Source: Rhizomicrobium sp. | GTDB taxonomy: Bacteria > Pseudomonadota > Alphaproteobacteria > Micropepsales > Micropepsaceae | Direction: 5' to 3' | Length of the DNA stretch: 64,000 nt | Assembly (NCBI GenBank): GCA_037201525.1 | Contig: JBBCHP010000013.1 | Coordinates: 4,068 to 68,067 of the forward strand | In this document: in pieces, positions 51,329 through 62,140 of the stretch | How the letters are laid out: each line of letters starts with the position of its first letter | Numbering within the stretch: the stretch's first letter is position 1 | The notes under the pieces: model-generated | What the model was told of the DNA's origin: nothing | The model's database searches: none | Seen by the model: only the letters and a program-made list of their open reading frames with translations | Program-made: the position numbers and the translations under genes

Positions 51329-51416
51329 AACCAACCGGTTTGTATCAATCTACGGCGCGAACAGTCAAGAAGCGCGGGAGAACACGACGAGGCTGTTGAA
51401 TACCGACTGGTTGGAT
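51329..51416. promoter_or_regulatory. Two copies of a 16-bp palindromic operator (AACCAACCGGTTTGTA at 51329; TACCGACTGGTTGGAT at 51401)
   Basis: Each 12/16 to consensus TACCAACTAGTTGGTA; divergent intergenic region. Confidence 0.55.
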
Positions 51417-51508
51417 TGTATGATATCGCAGCTTTGGGCTGCCGCCCTCGGATTAAGTTTTAGAGCTGCTGACTACGCGCCGCGCACGGCTTTCGGGATA
51501 TCTTGACC

Positions 51509-52273
51509 ATGACCGTTTTGGTTTCTGAGAGCGGAAGAGGGGTTGTGACCGTTACGTTAGACAACCAATCGCGGCGGAACGCGCTGAACCAGGAGATGTA
51601 TGAGTTTCTCGCGGGGATGTGGCCGCGTCTTGCCCAAATGGCCGCCTGTCGCGTCGTCATATTGCGCGGAGGCGGCAGCGAAGCGTTTTGCTCCGGATCG
51701 GACCTCGTGAGCAAACCGTTGCAAGGCGCCAACCGAGAAGACCTCATCAATAGTGCGCTTCTGAAGACGGCGTATTTCCCGAAGCCGCTCATCGCGGCAG
51801 TGAAGGGCGTTTGCGTTGGCGGCGGGCTCGAGCTTCTGTTGGCGAGCGATGTGCGCGTGGCGGGGGAGAGCGCTCGCTTCGGTCTGCCCGAAGTGCGTTG
51901 GGGGATCGTTCCGTCCGGCGGAGGCGCGCTGAAGCTTGCCGATCAAATCGGCCATGTTCGTGCGATGGACCTGCTGTTAAGCGGACGGCTTATCGGCAGC
52001 AACGAAGCCGCGTTGGCGGGCCTCGTCAATGAAGTCTGCGCCGACGATCAGGTTTGGCAAATGGCGGAGGAGCGCGCGGCGGCGATAGCCCGGGCGAGCC
52101 CTCTGGCCGTGCGCGCGACCAAGGAAATCGCGACAGCGCGTTCACGCCAGGCGCATCGAGACTTGCAAGCCTGGGAAGAGGAGATTGCAAGGGAAGTGCG
52201 TGCCACCGGGCAATACAAGGTCGGCATTGAAGCGTTCCTGACTAAAAAGACGCCAGACTATGAAGACAGTTGA
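51509..52273 (+). CDS. Enoyl-CoA hydratase/isomerase
   Basis: RRNAL, AFCSGSDL, KPLIAAVKGVCVGGGLE, FGLPEVRWG. Confidence 0.9.
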   Translation: MTVLVSESGRGVVTVTLDNQSRRNALNQEMYEFLAGMWPRLAQMAACRVVILRGGGSEAFCSGSDLVSKPLQGANREDLINSALLKTAYFPKPLIAAVKGVCVGGGLELLLASDVRVAGESARFGLPEVRWGIVPSGGGALKLADQIGHVRAMDLLLSGRLIGSNEAALAGLVNEVCADDQVWQMAEERAAAIARASPLAVRATKEIATARSRQAHRDLQAWEEEIAREVRATGQYKVGIEAFLTKKTPDYEDS

Positions 52274-52297
52274 CGCGCGATCCAATCGAGCCAGTCG

Positions 52298-53473
52298 ATG
52301 AGTCCATTCCTGTCCGCAGATGGCGAGAAATTTCGCGGCGAGGCGCGCGCGTTCATCGAACAACGCTATCCCACGAATTTGCGCGAAAAGCGCGAGGGCG
52401 ATGTTCTCTCGAAGCAGGATTATCTGGCCTGGCACAGGATACTGGCGGTCAAAGGCTGGATTGCTCCTGCATGGCCGGAAGAATATGGCGGCGCGAATTG
52501 GAGCCTTGAGAGACGATATATCTGGCAGGACGAACTGGCGCGCGCCGATACAATTTCATTGCCGCCGATGGGCATCGGAATGCTCGGCCCAGTGATTTAC
52601 ACCTTCGGCACCTCGGTGCAAAAAGATCAGTTTCTGGCACCAACCCTTGCAGGAGATATTTTCTGGTGCCAGGGGTATTCCGAGCCGCAGGCTGGCTCGG
52701 ATCTTGCCAGCGTCTCGATGAAAGCGGTTCGTGTTGGCGATCGGTATGTTGTGACCGGTCAGAAGATGTGGACATCGCTGGCGCAATACGCGGACTGGAT
52801 ATTCTGCCTTGTCCGTACCGATCCGGACTCGCAGAAGCAGGCGGGGATATCCTTTCTCTTGATCGACATGCGGTCTCCTGGCATCGCGATCAAGCCGATC
52901 CAGACGCTTGGAGGGGATCTTCTGGTCAACGAAGTTTGGTTCGATGAGGTAGATGTGCCCGTCGCCAATCGTATCAACGACGAAAATCGTGGCTGGGCCT
53001 GCGCCAAATTCCTTTTGGGGCTTGAGCGTACGGGAATTGCCAACGTCGCCCGGTCGAAGCGCAAGCTCGTGAAGCTTAAGGAAACGGCGAGACAATGCGC
53101 CGACGGCGACCAGTCAATTTTTGAAGACCATCAGTTCCGGGAAAAGCTGGCAGAGGTAGAAATCGCGCTAACGGCGCTCGAATATTCCGAGTTGCGCATA
53201 TTTGCCGAAGAGGCGTCCGGAGGACAGTCGGGCGCCAGCGCATCCTTGCTCAAGGTTCGCGGCACCGAGATCCAACAGCGCCTGGCAGAGCTTTTCGCGG
53301 AAGCGGCAGGTTACGCGGGATGCCCCGCGGCTGCCGGAAATCTTCACGGAGCGAACGCACAGGGCCGTTATCGCGCGTTCGAGAATTATTTTTCTTCGCG
53401 GCGAACTTCGATTTACGGCGGCACCAACGAAGTGCAGCGAAACATCATGGCAAAGGCCGTGCTGGGCTTTTAG
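52298..53473 (+). CDS. Acyl-CoA dehydrogenase (PimC-like)
   Basis: WCQGYSEPQAGSDLAS, GQKMWT, SIYGGTNEVQRNI. Confidence 0.92.
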   Translation: MSPFLSADGEKFRGEARAFIEQRYPTNLREKREGDVLSKQDYLAWHRILAVKGWIAPAWPEEYGGANWSLERRYIWQDELARADTISLPPMGIGMLGPVIYTFGTSVQKDQFLAPTLAGDIFWCQGYSEPQAGSDLASVSMKAVRVGDRYVVTGQKMWTSLAQYADWIFCLVRTDPDSQKQAGISFLLIDMRSPGIAIKPIQTLGGDLLVNEVWFDEVDVPVANRINDENRGWACAKFLLGLERTGIANVARSKRKLVKLKETARQCADGDQSIFEDHQFREKLAEVEIALTALEYSELRIFAEEASGGQSGASASLLKVRGTEIQQRLAELFAEAAGYAGCPAAAGNLHGANAQGRYRAFENYFSSRRTSIYGGTNEVQRNIMAKAVLGF

Positions 53474-53509
53474 GGCATCAGGCGTCACGGATCCAATGGG
53501 AGGCATATA

Positions 53510-54035
53510 ATGAACATGGAAGTTAAAGCCCCAGGTGATGGCGGCCGGTTGAGAATATTCCGCGCGCGTGACGCAATCGATCCAACACACATGAAGCCCG
53601 TCGATGCCAAGGAACACGACACCAAAGGCGTGGCGAGCATCGTGGACGGCGCGACGGTCAAGACGATTTTTGAAGATGACCGATCGAACGTCAGTCTAAC
53701 TTACGCCTGGTTCAAAGCCAACTTCATGCTCCCGCGGCATTCGCACAACGCGGACTGTCTCTATTATATCGTTTCGGGCTCCCTGCACCTGGGAACCGAG
53801 GTCTTGAAAGCCGGCGACGGGTTTTTCGTGCCCGCCGATGCGCTTTATGCATATCGCGCCGGTGCCGATGGCGTGGAGGTTCTCGAATTTCGCACGGCCG
53901 TTGAATTCGACATCAAATTTCGAACCGGCGAAGAGGCTTGGCAACAAATCACGAAGAATGCAGACGCTAATCGCGACCGCGTGGCGCTCGGAGGCGAAGC
54001 CAGTTGCGGTGAAGAGGCAAGAAGAGATGTTATGA
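53510..54035 (+). CDS. Cupin domain protein (frameshift near 53975)
   Basis: LPRHSHNADCLYYIVSGSL...AGDGFFVPADALYAY..G..GVEVLEFR. Confidence 0.8.
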
Positions 54036-54121
54036 TATACGCGCGTGCAGCGCCGGCGTTGCAGCGGAACACGAGACTGTGTGGCTATCGCTTTTTGAAT
54101 TCCCGGCGAAGCTACATACTG

Positions 54122-54156
54122 CCACCCGAGAGCACCCAGCTCTCGGGCGGTTTTTT
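54122..54156 (+). terminator. Rho-independent terminator
   Basis: CCACCCGAGAGC-accca-GCTCTCGGGCGG hairpin followed by TTTTTT, between convergent genes. Confidence 0.75.
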
Positions 54157-54174
54157 CCCTCCGCGAGGGCAGCT

Positions 54175-55320
54175 CTACACCAAGGTAGTTAGCTGGGACT
54201 TCTCAAAGGGAATTCTTTCGTGCAGCCGGCCCGGTACGCAACTTTTCTATCCACAGCGGATCTGAAATTAGTGAACGCCCGATTGCGATCAGATCGAATT
54301 CCTCGCGAGACAACATGTCCTCAAGGACCATTAGTTGGTCGATCCCGCCCAGTGCTGTGCTTGCAAAAGCATAACCGCCGCCATCGATTTCCGCGGAACC
54401 AGAGACCACCGCCGAACCGGCGAGGCCGACGCTGCCTACGGCTATGGTCGGCCTGCCGGTGATTTTCTTTGTCCAACCGGCAAGCGTGAGAGGTGACAGA
54501 TCTCGAAATGCCGGCTCCCAAAACTTGCGTGTCGAAACGTGAAAGAGGCTCACTCCTGCGTCACAGAGAGTGCCGAGAAATGGCTCCAGAGCCTGCGGAG
54601 TTTCCGCGAGTTTTGCGCGGTAATTCTGCTGTTTAAATTGCGACCACCGAAAGCTTATCGGGAAGGCGTCGCCGACCTTTTGTCTAATTGCTCTGACAAT
54701 CTCGACTCCAAATCGCGCCCGTTCGAAAAGGCGAGCCGCCCCATCGATCCTCCTGCGATTTGTCTCGTGCCAGAAAAAAGTATCAATGAGATATCCGTGG
54801 GCACCATGAATCTCGACGCCGTCGAAGCCGAGGGCTTGGGCGTTGACGCGGAGCGAGCGTAGGCGTCAATGATGTCTGCGATATCTTCCTCTGTCATCTC
54901 CTTCGTCAGTTGGCTATCGGAAACTTCGGAAGGGACAAACCCCGGTACCGTCGGGTTCGGTTGCATGCCCGTTCGCGTGACATTCCGTGTGCCATAGCTG
55001 CGGAAAGATGCGGCCGCCAGCGGCGTGAACGGCATCAAGGACTTGGCTCCACCCGCGAGCGGACCATCGCCGTAGAACTGCGGCACGTTTGTGTACGCAT
55101 GCGCAGATGGGTGTCCCACATAGGCGCCTTCCGAAATCAGCAGTCCGACACCAGCACGCGCCCGGAGCGCATAATATTTTGCAACGTTTTCTGTGGGAAC
55201 GCCGTCGGGCGAAAAATAGCGCGTCATGGGAGCCATGACGATCCTGTTCGAGAGACCTAGGCTCCCGACGGTGAGCGGACTCAGAAGCGAACGAAACCGC
55301 TCTTCGTATCGTGTGTTCAT
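54175..55320 (-). CDS. NADH:flavin oxidoreductase / Old Yellow Enzyme family (several frameshifts)
   Basis: SNRIVMAPMTR, GVGLLISEG, FHVSTRKFWEP, FDLIAIGRSLISDP. Confidence 0.85.
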
Positions 55321-55426
55321 GGTCGATGTCGCTTCAAGGTCTGCAGAGCGTTCTGTGAGAGACTATCGTGCGTCCCAGGATCCACTTAAGGCCAGTAATT
55401 CAATTCTCCTATCATGATTTGTCATA

Positions 55427-55442
55427 TACCAACTAGAAGGTA
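55427..55442. promoter_or_regulatory. 16-bp palindromic operator TACCAACTAGAAGGTA
   Basis: 14/16 to consensus; divergent region between the OYE and SnoaL-like genes. Confidence 0.6.
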
Positions 55443-55500
55443 TGTTATTGCTCGGAAGATGACGGCACATGCGTGGTGGTGATCTTTGAGCGGCGTAACG

Positions 55501-55993
55501 ATGCACGCGGCGGATCCACGGGAGGAAGCCCGTGTGCGGCAAACCGTGATAGCCTTTACCATCAACCTCGATTTGCTCAACTTCGATGCGCTGATGCTCT
55601 TGTTCGCCGATGAGCTGTGGATTGATTACACAAGCCTCTGGGGTGGAGTGCCGCAGGTGCTCACGCCTCGAGATCTTGTCGCTCAGCTTATGGGGATCGC
55701 TCCCGGCTTGACGCGAGCTGGCACGAACTGCTCGATATCAAAATCCAAATTCGTGGGCATGAAGCCGAGGTGGAGTGTGGCGTGGACGGGCGCATGTGGA
55801 TCGGAGACCTCATATGGCACCCAATCGGACGCTACAAATTTCGGCTCGAAAGATACGAAGCGCTTGGAAGATCACCCACCTGAAACTGGAAATGCTCCAG
55901 GAGCTGGGTGATCGAGCGGTGGCCGAAGAGGCGATGAGACGGCAAGGCAATTCGGGCGAGGGCGGCTGGATCAAGCCGCCTGAGTCTTCGTGA
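55501..55993 (+). CDS. NTF2/SnoaL-like protein (frameshifted)
   Basis: LFADELWIDYTSLWGG, W.IGRY, WKITHLKL. Confidence 0.7.
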
Positions 55994-56023
55994 CGTTCAA
56001 CGATTCAGGAAGCGAGGCATTCC

Positions 56024-56397
56024 ATGTTCAAGACAATGGGTTTCAGCCAGGCAAAAAGTGGAATGTCTCTTGCCGATTTCAAGCTTACTATGAAACAGTG
56101 CATGCTCCGCTGGCGATTTCTGTTTTTCCGACCATTCGAAGGTATGTGCGCAATTATGTGAAGGCCGAGTCGGGCCGCATGCCGGCCGGTGCGCAGGCTT
56201 CCGATTTCGCGTGGGCGTGCATTACCGAAATGTGGTTTGATGACGCCCGCGGATATGAAGCTTTCAATCTCCGGCTCCGCGACCTAGAGGTGAAAGCGCT
56301 ATTCGATCGGGACGAAGAGGTGTTTGTTCGTCCGAATTCTGTCTGGAAATTTGAAGTTGACGAGGTCGAAATTCCCATAACAGCGACGAACAAATAG
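56024..56397 (+). CDS. EthD domain protein (frameshifted N-terminus)
   Basis: YYETVHAPL, IRRYVRNYV, ITEMWFDD, DEEVF. Confidence 0.78.
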
Positions 56398-56438
56398 ACC
56401 ACGCTTGTCCAGCATCCTCAAGGATGAGCAGTGCGGCT

Positions 56439-57860
56439 TCAACGAATATTGATGACCTGCAATTGCGTGAATTCGTTCAAGCCGTCCTGCCCCATTTCAA
56501 TTCCGATTCCAGATTGTTTAGCGCCACCGCCTGGAATATGCGGTGCGACGTCCGGGTGCTTGTTGATCCAGACCATGCCGGTCTCCATGCGCAGCGCGAT
56601 GGCGCGCGCCTTCTCGCGATTGGACGACCACACCGACCCCCCGAGTCCATAGGGTGACGCATTGGCGCGCCGGATCGCATCATCCAGGTCTGAGTATCTG
56701 ATGACGGGCAAGACGGGACCGAACTGTTCCTCATCTACGAGTCGTGTGCCATCGGAAATGTCGCGCACGATGATTGGTCGTATGAAATAGCCGCGTCGTG
56801 GCGCCTCGCCGCCCGCCAAAAGCGTTCCGTCTGCGCGAGCGCTCTCGATAAGCGCTTTTACCTTCTCGAACTGCATTTTGTTTTGCAGCGGTCCAAGCTG
56901 GGTTCCCTGCTCGAGCCCGTCGCCGACAACGGCTGCGGTTGCGAGCGCCGCGAGTTCGTCACACATGCGATCATAGATCGACTCGTGCACGTACAGGCGC
57001 TTGATCGCACCACAGACTTGCCCGCTATTCATGAACGCGCCCTGAAAGATATCTGGGGCAGCGGCGCTCGGATCGACGTCATCCAACACGATCGCGGCAT
57101 CGTTGCCGCCCAATTCGAGCGTGATCCGCTTCAGCGTCTTCGCAGCGCTCGCCATCACTTTTTTTCCGGTGGCCGTGGAACCAGTGAAAGAAATCTTTCG
57201 GATATCGGGGTGGCTCGTCAGCGCATCGCCGAGATCATTGGCGTCGGCGATAACGTTCAGCACGCCCGGCGGTAACGCATCCTTGAGGAATTCGGCCAGA
57301 CGCAGCGTAGAGAGCGGCGTCGTGGGCGCCGGCTTCAGGATGACCGTGTTCCCGGCCAATAGCGCTGGCGGGACCTTCAATCCGATAAGAATGAGGGGAA
57401 AATTCCATGGGATGATCGCCGCGATGACACCAAGCGGCTTTCTGTGCAGCTCTACCTTTCGTTCCGGCGTATCTTCGATCACCTCAACGGGAAGATCGAG
57501 CGTCGTGAAATATCGAAAGAAAGCCGCGAGGCCGGCGACCTCTCCGGTGGCATCGGCAATGGGTTTGCCTTGCTCCTGTGTGAGCAGCCGGGCGAGTTCA
57601 GAGACGTGCGCTTCTATCAGGTCGGCAATCTTTTGCAGCGCGGCGCGCCGCGCTGCCATCGACGTGTTGCTCCAGGACGGAAAGGCGCGGTTCGCAGCCG
57701 CCACTGCTCGATCCAACTGTTTCGAAGATGCGCGCGCACACGTCGCAAAAACTTCTTCGGTCGCCGGGTTGATCACGTCGAGCGTTAAATCGCCGGCCTC
57801 GAGTTGCCCGTCGATCAGAAGTTTGAAATCGCGCATCTGCGAAGCTTTGTTATCCACCAA
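56439..57860 (-). CDS. Aldehyde dehydrogenase
   Basis: IIPWNFP, SFTGSTATG, LELGGND, GQVC, EEQFGPV. Confidence 0.95.
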   Translation of the reverse strand: MVDNKASQMRDFKLLIDGQLEAGDLTLDVINPATEEVFATCARASSKQLDRAVAAANRAFPSWSNTSMAARRAALQKIADLIEAHVSELARLLTQEQGKPIADATGEVAGLAAFFRYFTTLDLPVEVIEDTPERKVELHRKPLGVIAAIIPWNFPLILIGLKVPPALLAGNTVILKPAPTTPLSTLRLAEFLKDALPPGVLNVIADANDLGDALTSHPDIRKISFTGSTATGKKVMASAAKTLKRITLELGGNDAAIVLDDVDPSAAAPDIFQGAFMNSGQVCGAIKRLYVHESIYDRMCDELAALATAAVVGDGLEQGTQLGPLQNKMQFEKVKALIESARADGTLLAGGEAPRRGYFIRPIIVRDISDGTRLVDEEQFGPVLPVIRYSDLDDAIRRANASPYGLGGSVWSSNREKARAIALRMETGMVWINKHPDVAPHIPGGGAKQSGIGIEMGQDGLNEFTQLQVINIR

Positions 57861-57966
57861 GAAACCTACCGATCAGTATCATTTTGAAGTGGGCTGGTCA
57901 ATGAACCGCCGTTGAATCGGGACGTTCTGTCTTTGCGCACGACGCGATACGGTTGCACGGCTGCTC

Positions 57967-58890
57967 TCAAGTTTTTGGAAGCGTGCGGATGAATGCGCCG
58001 ATGTCATCGCAAAGCGATGCCGCTTGCGGAATGTCGCCCAAGGCGAAGAAGCCGTGGATCATGCCGGAATAGAGAACGGATCGGACGTGATTGCCGGCCT
58101 GTTGCAGTTTTTCGGCATAGCGCTCGCCCTCATCGCGCAGCAGATCGTATTCAGCAGACGCGATATAAGCCGGTGGCAGGTGGCCGAGATCATGGTTTCT
58201 GATGGGCGCAAATCGCGGATCGGAGCGTTGCGCCCGGTTAGGGATGTACTGGTCATAGAACCAAGAGAGCTCGTCGCGCGTCAGAATAGGTGCTTCGAAT
58301 TTCTTCATCGCCGGCGCGTCGATATCGCCGTCGAGGCAGGGATAGATGAGTATCTGCCCGGAGATTGAGAAGTCTTTCTTCCCGCGTGCGCATTGGGAAA
58401 TCACCGCGGCGAGGTTGCCGCCGGCACTGTCGCCTGCCACCAGAAACTTCGCGCCTGGGACAGCGAACGCATGGCGCCCCGCAAACGCCCATCGGGTTGC
58501 GGCCATCGCGTCTTCGAGAGCGGCGGGAAAGATGTGCTCTGGCGCGAGGCGATAGTCGATCGAAAGCACGGATGTGTCGCTTGCGAGCGCCAGTTTTCTG
58601 AGAATGGAATCGTAGCCGTTGAGCGTGCCGAGCGTCCAACCGCCGCCGTGAAAGTACACGATGATCGCAGCGGGCGTCTGCGTTGGCAGGTACAATCGCG
58701 CGCCGACATCCCCCGCCGGTCCAGGAATGACAACGTCTTCGACTTTATATATTTCGGGTCCCGCAGGCGCGGCGGCTTCCATTTGGGCGAGGAATGCGCG
58801 CATTTGCGGCGCGGACATGCTCCCGATTTTCGGAAAGCCGATTTGGTCCAGCGTATCGAGCAGGCTGACAATCCGTGGGTGCAGCGCCAT
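57967..58890 (-). CDS. Alpha/beta hydrolase, HSL-family esterase/lipase
   Basis: HGGGW, YRLAPEH, GDSAGG, DLLRDEG, HGF. Confidence 0.93.
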   Translation of the reverse strand: MALHPRIVSLLDTLDQIGFPKIGSMSAPQMRAFLAQMEAAAPAGPEIYKVEDVVIPGPAGDVGARLYLPTQTPAAIIVYFHGGGWTLGTLNGYDSILRKLALASDTSVLSIDYRLAPEHIFPAALEDAMAATRWAFAGRHAFAVPGAKFLVAGDSAGGNLAAVISQCARGKKDFSISGQILIYPCLDGDIDAPAMKKFEAPILTRDELSWFYDQYIPNRAQRSDPRFAPIRNHDLGHLPPAYIASAEYDLLRDEGERYAEKLQQAGNHVRSVLYSGMIHGFFALGDIPQAASLCDDIGAFIRTLPKT

Positions 58891-58917
58891 GTTGTCCGCA
58901 GTGGGGAAAGGGTGAGT

Positions 58918-59630
58918 TCAGACCAATGCGGGCTGATGCACGTTGCCGCGTTGATATGCAACAAGATCGGCGATCGTGCCAATCTTGAACCCGAACCGGC
59001 GTGCGAAGCGCTTCAGATCAGGCAGGCGCGCCATCGTGCCGTCATCGTTCATGATTTCGCAGATCACGCTGGCGGGCGTCAGCCCGGCGAGACGCGCAAC
59101 GTCGACCGATGCCTCCGTGTGCCCTTGGCGCTCGAGTGTCCCCGCCCGGTCTTGCGACAAGAGGAAAGACGTGTCCCGGGCAGACGAGATCGTCGCTTTT
59201 TGCTTGAGGGTCGACGGCCACTGAGATGGTCCGCGCGCGATCGAAAGCGGATATTCCGGTCGTCACGCCGACCTTGGCTTCGATGGAGACTGTAAACGCT
59301 GTGCCCTGCTTCGATTGTGTTGTTCGGCACCATCGGCGCGAGGCGCAATTCGGCGGCCCGCTCCGGAGTTATGGCAAGGCAGATAAGTCCTCTGGCGTGT
59401 TTGGCCATGAAGTTGATCCAATGCGGCGTCGCGAACTCGGCCGGGACGATCAAGATCGCCTTCGTTCTCCCGATCGGCAGCGTCTACCAGGATGAAGGGC
59501 TCGCCGCGACGGGCCGCCGCAATGATCTCGTCTATCGGAACGATACCGCTCTCAGCTCCGCGCGGGCCCCTGAGATAGTCGAAGCGCGGGGGATTCCTTC
59601 CAAGTATCCATGCGATACTATCGCATTCAT
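58918..59630 (-). CDS. ribB: 3,4-dihydroxy-2-butanone-4-phosphate synthase (frameshifted)
   Basis: [60 protein letters not shown]. Confidence 0.88.
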
Positions 59631-59665
59631 CTAAGAGACTCCGATTGTGAGGTCAGCAGGATAGA

Positions 59666-59681
59666 TACGTACTAGTTGGTA
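59666..59681. promoter_or_regulatory. 16-bp palindromic operator TACGTACTAGTTGGTA
   Basis: 14/16 to consensus; divergent region between ribB and the thiolase-like gene. Confidence 0.6.
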
Positions 59682-59796
59682 TGTCAATATGGAATTGAAG
59701 GCCATAGGCCTGCTTGGCCGGGGTCTTGTCTTTCGGGCACGGGAAAGGCATCAAACCAACCGGTCGGAATTGATTGCAGAAACGAGGGTTTCCGTC

Positions 59797-61317
59797 TTGG
59801 CAGCAGGAATCGGCATCGAGAGGCTTCCGGTCATCGTGGGGCGTCGGAGAATGCCTCGACCGGGCGATCGACCTCCGCGCGTCGAAGGAACCCTTGTCGT
59901 TGATGCAGAGGCGCTGCGGCTGGCCGAGGAAGATCTCGGGCGCGCAGTTGATCAACACGATCGACTCTTTGTATATCGTCAACGAGATCTCGTGGCCCTA
60001 TGTCGACGCCGCGACGCAATTGAGCGAGCAACTCGGCATTTCTCCGTCTCACAGACACTACGGAGAAGTCGGCGGCCAAACGCCAGCGCGGTTCATACAC
60101 GAAGCTGCGCGCCGGATTTTTGACGGCCACGCAGAAGTCGCGGCGATTTGCGGCGCGGAATCACAGAACACGGTTCGGCGTGCGGAACGCGATGGCGTAT
60201 CGTTGCCCTGGATACCGCGGTTGGAGAACTTCCAACCTGTTCGCGGAGCCAATTATCAAAAGCCGATCGCACGTCGGCTCAAAGCGGCGACGCCGACAAA
60301 CGTCTATCCTTTTTACGAGAACGCGACTTTGGCGGCCTGGAAGCAGACACCTGCCGAAGCCTATCGCGCGTCATCGGAATTGTGGGCCCGCTACGCGGCG
60401 GTTGCGGCGCAGCGCGAGAAAAGTTGGTCGCGCGAGGACGAAGGACGCCGGCACAATCGGATCGGTCACGTCCCAGAACCGCCTGATCGCGTGGCCGTAT
60501 CCGAAACTGATGACGGCCCAATCCCGATGTCAACATGGGCGCGGCTGTCATTCTGACCAGTTTTCGGCAAGGCGCGCGCGCTGGGGGATTGCAGAAGAGC
60601 GTCTCGTGTTCGTTCTGGGGGAGGCGCGGCTGCAAGTGAGCCGCGCGACTATCTCGCGGCGTGATGGTTACGCGCGCTCGACCGCGATGGAAGCCGTGCT
60701 GGGCGAGGCGCTCGGCGTGGCGCGGCGGAGGGAGAACGGTCAACCGCTGGCGCGCTATGAACTTTACAGCTGTTTTCTGTCGTTCCGAAACTCGCAGTTC
60801 GGGTTCCGGGGATGAGCGCACAAATCGCGCCGACCGTGACAGGCGGACTGACGTTTTTTGGCGCGCCGCTGAATAACTATATGACGCACGCGGCCGTAGC
60901 GATGGTGCAGCCCTGCGATACTCCGGCGACGCGGGGCTGCTGTTCGGGCAGGGCGAGTATGTGACGAAGCACCATGCGCTGGTCGTTGCGAACCGGCCTC
61001 CCAGAGTGCTGAGGCTGTCCCAAACCAACGATGCGCAGTGCGAGGCCGATCTCCGCCGCGGGAGTGTTCCACAATTTAGGGACACGCATACCGGCCCCGC
61101 GACGCTCGAAACCTTCATGGTTCTGTTCGATCGAGATGGGAATGTCACACATGGTGTGGTGATCGCGCGTGCGCCGGACGATGCGCGAATCATGGCCATC
61201 GTGCCGCCAGAAGACAACGCGACGTTGGCGCTTCTAATGGATAGCGCTCAATCGCCGGTGGGACACACCGGATCGGCCCGGACCGCCGGGGATGTGATCG
61301 CGTGGCAAGCGGGCTGA
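59797..61317 (+). CDS. Thiolase-like acetyl-CoA acetyltransferase (heavily frameshifted)
   Basis: LPVIVGVGE, VGGQTP, AICGAE, YPFYENA, NRLIAWPYPKLM, ELYSCF, TGGLTFFG, TKHHALVV; start uncertain. Confidence 0.75.
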
Positions 61318-61326
61318 AAGATCAAG

Positions 61327-62140
61327 ATGAAAACAGACGAAATTGCCGATGACGTGTGCGCGTTGCCGATGGTGCGGCGCGTTTGCGGCACTTCTCGATC
61401 TGGACACGAGCATCTTCTGTGAGGGCGTGCCGTTGCCCCACGGCTGGCACTTTCTGCTGTTCACGCCGCAGGATGCGACGTCTGCGCTGCCGGGCGATGG
61501 CTATCCCCTCTGTGGTGCAGGGCAGTGGGCGGTCGCATGTGATGCTCGGCGGCCCGGCGCGTGGAGTTTCATGGCGAGCTGCCGATCGGCGCATGCGTGC
61601 GGCGCACCCGTCAGGTCGTGTCGGTCAAGGAAAAAAACGGGACATTCCGGCAATATCCGCATCGTGACGCGTGAGCATCGCATTTTCGCAGACAATGCTG
61701 CGGTGCCCTGCATCGTGGAGCAGGAAGACATGATTCAGCGCGAAGCGGCCGCCGCTGCGCCCGCGAACGCCTCGCCGAAGACTCCGACGCTGCGCCGCGC
61801 GCAGCATAGCCGCATCGTGGTTCCCGCCGAGGTTCTTCTGTTTCGCTATTCAGCCGTGGACCTTCAACGCACACAGAATCCATTTCGACTATCCTTATGC
61901 GACCGAGGTGGAGAAATATAAGGGACTGGTCGTGAATGGCGGTCTTACCGCTTTGCTGCTGCTGCAGCTATACCGCGAAACCACCGGTGACGAGCCCATG
62001 CACATCGATGTCCGGATGCTGCGCCCGCTGTTTTGCGGACGCGCGATCACGTTGAACATGTCTCGCGACGATAGCGGCTACTCGCTTGTGGGCGACGGAC
62101 AAGGACTCGCAGATCTGCATGGAGATGACGATCAGGATGA
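61327..62140 (+). CDS. MaoC/hotdog-fold dehydratase (mesaconyl-/itaconyl-CoA hydratase-like; frameshifted)
   Basis: LPHGWHFLLF, VEQEDMI, LLFRYSA..FNAHRIHFD, YKGLVVNGGL. Confidence 0.75.
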
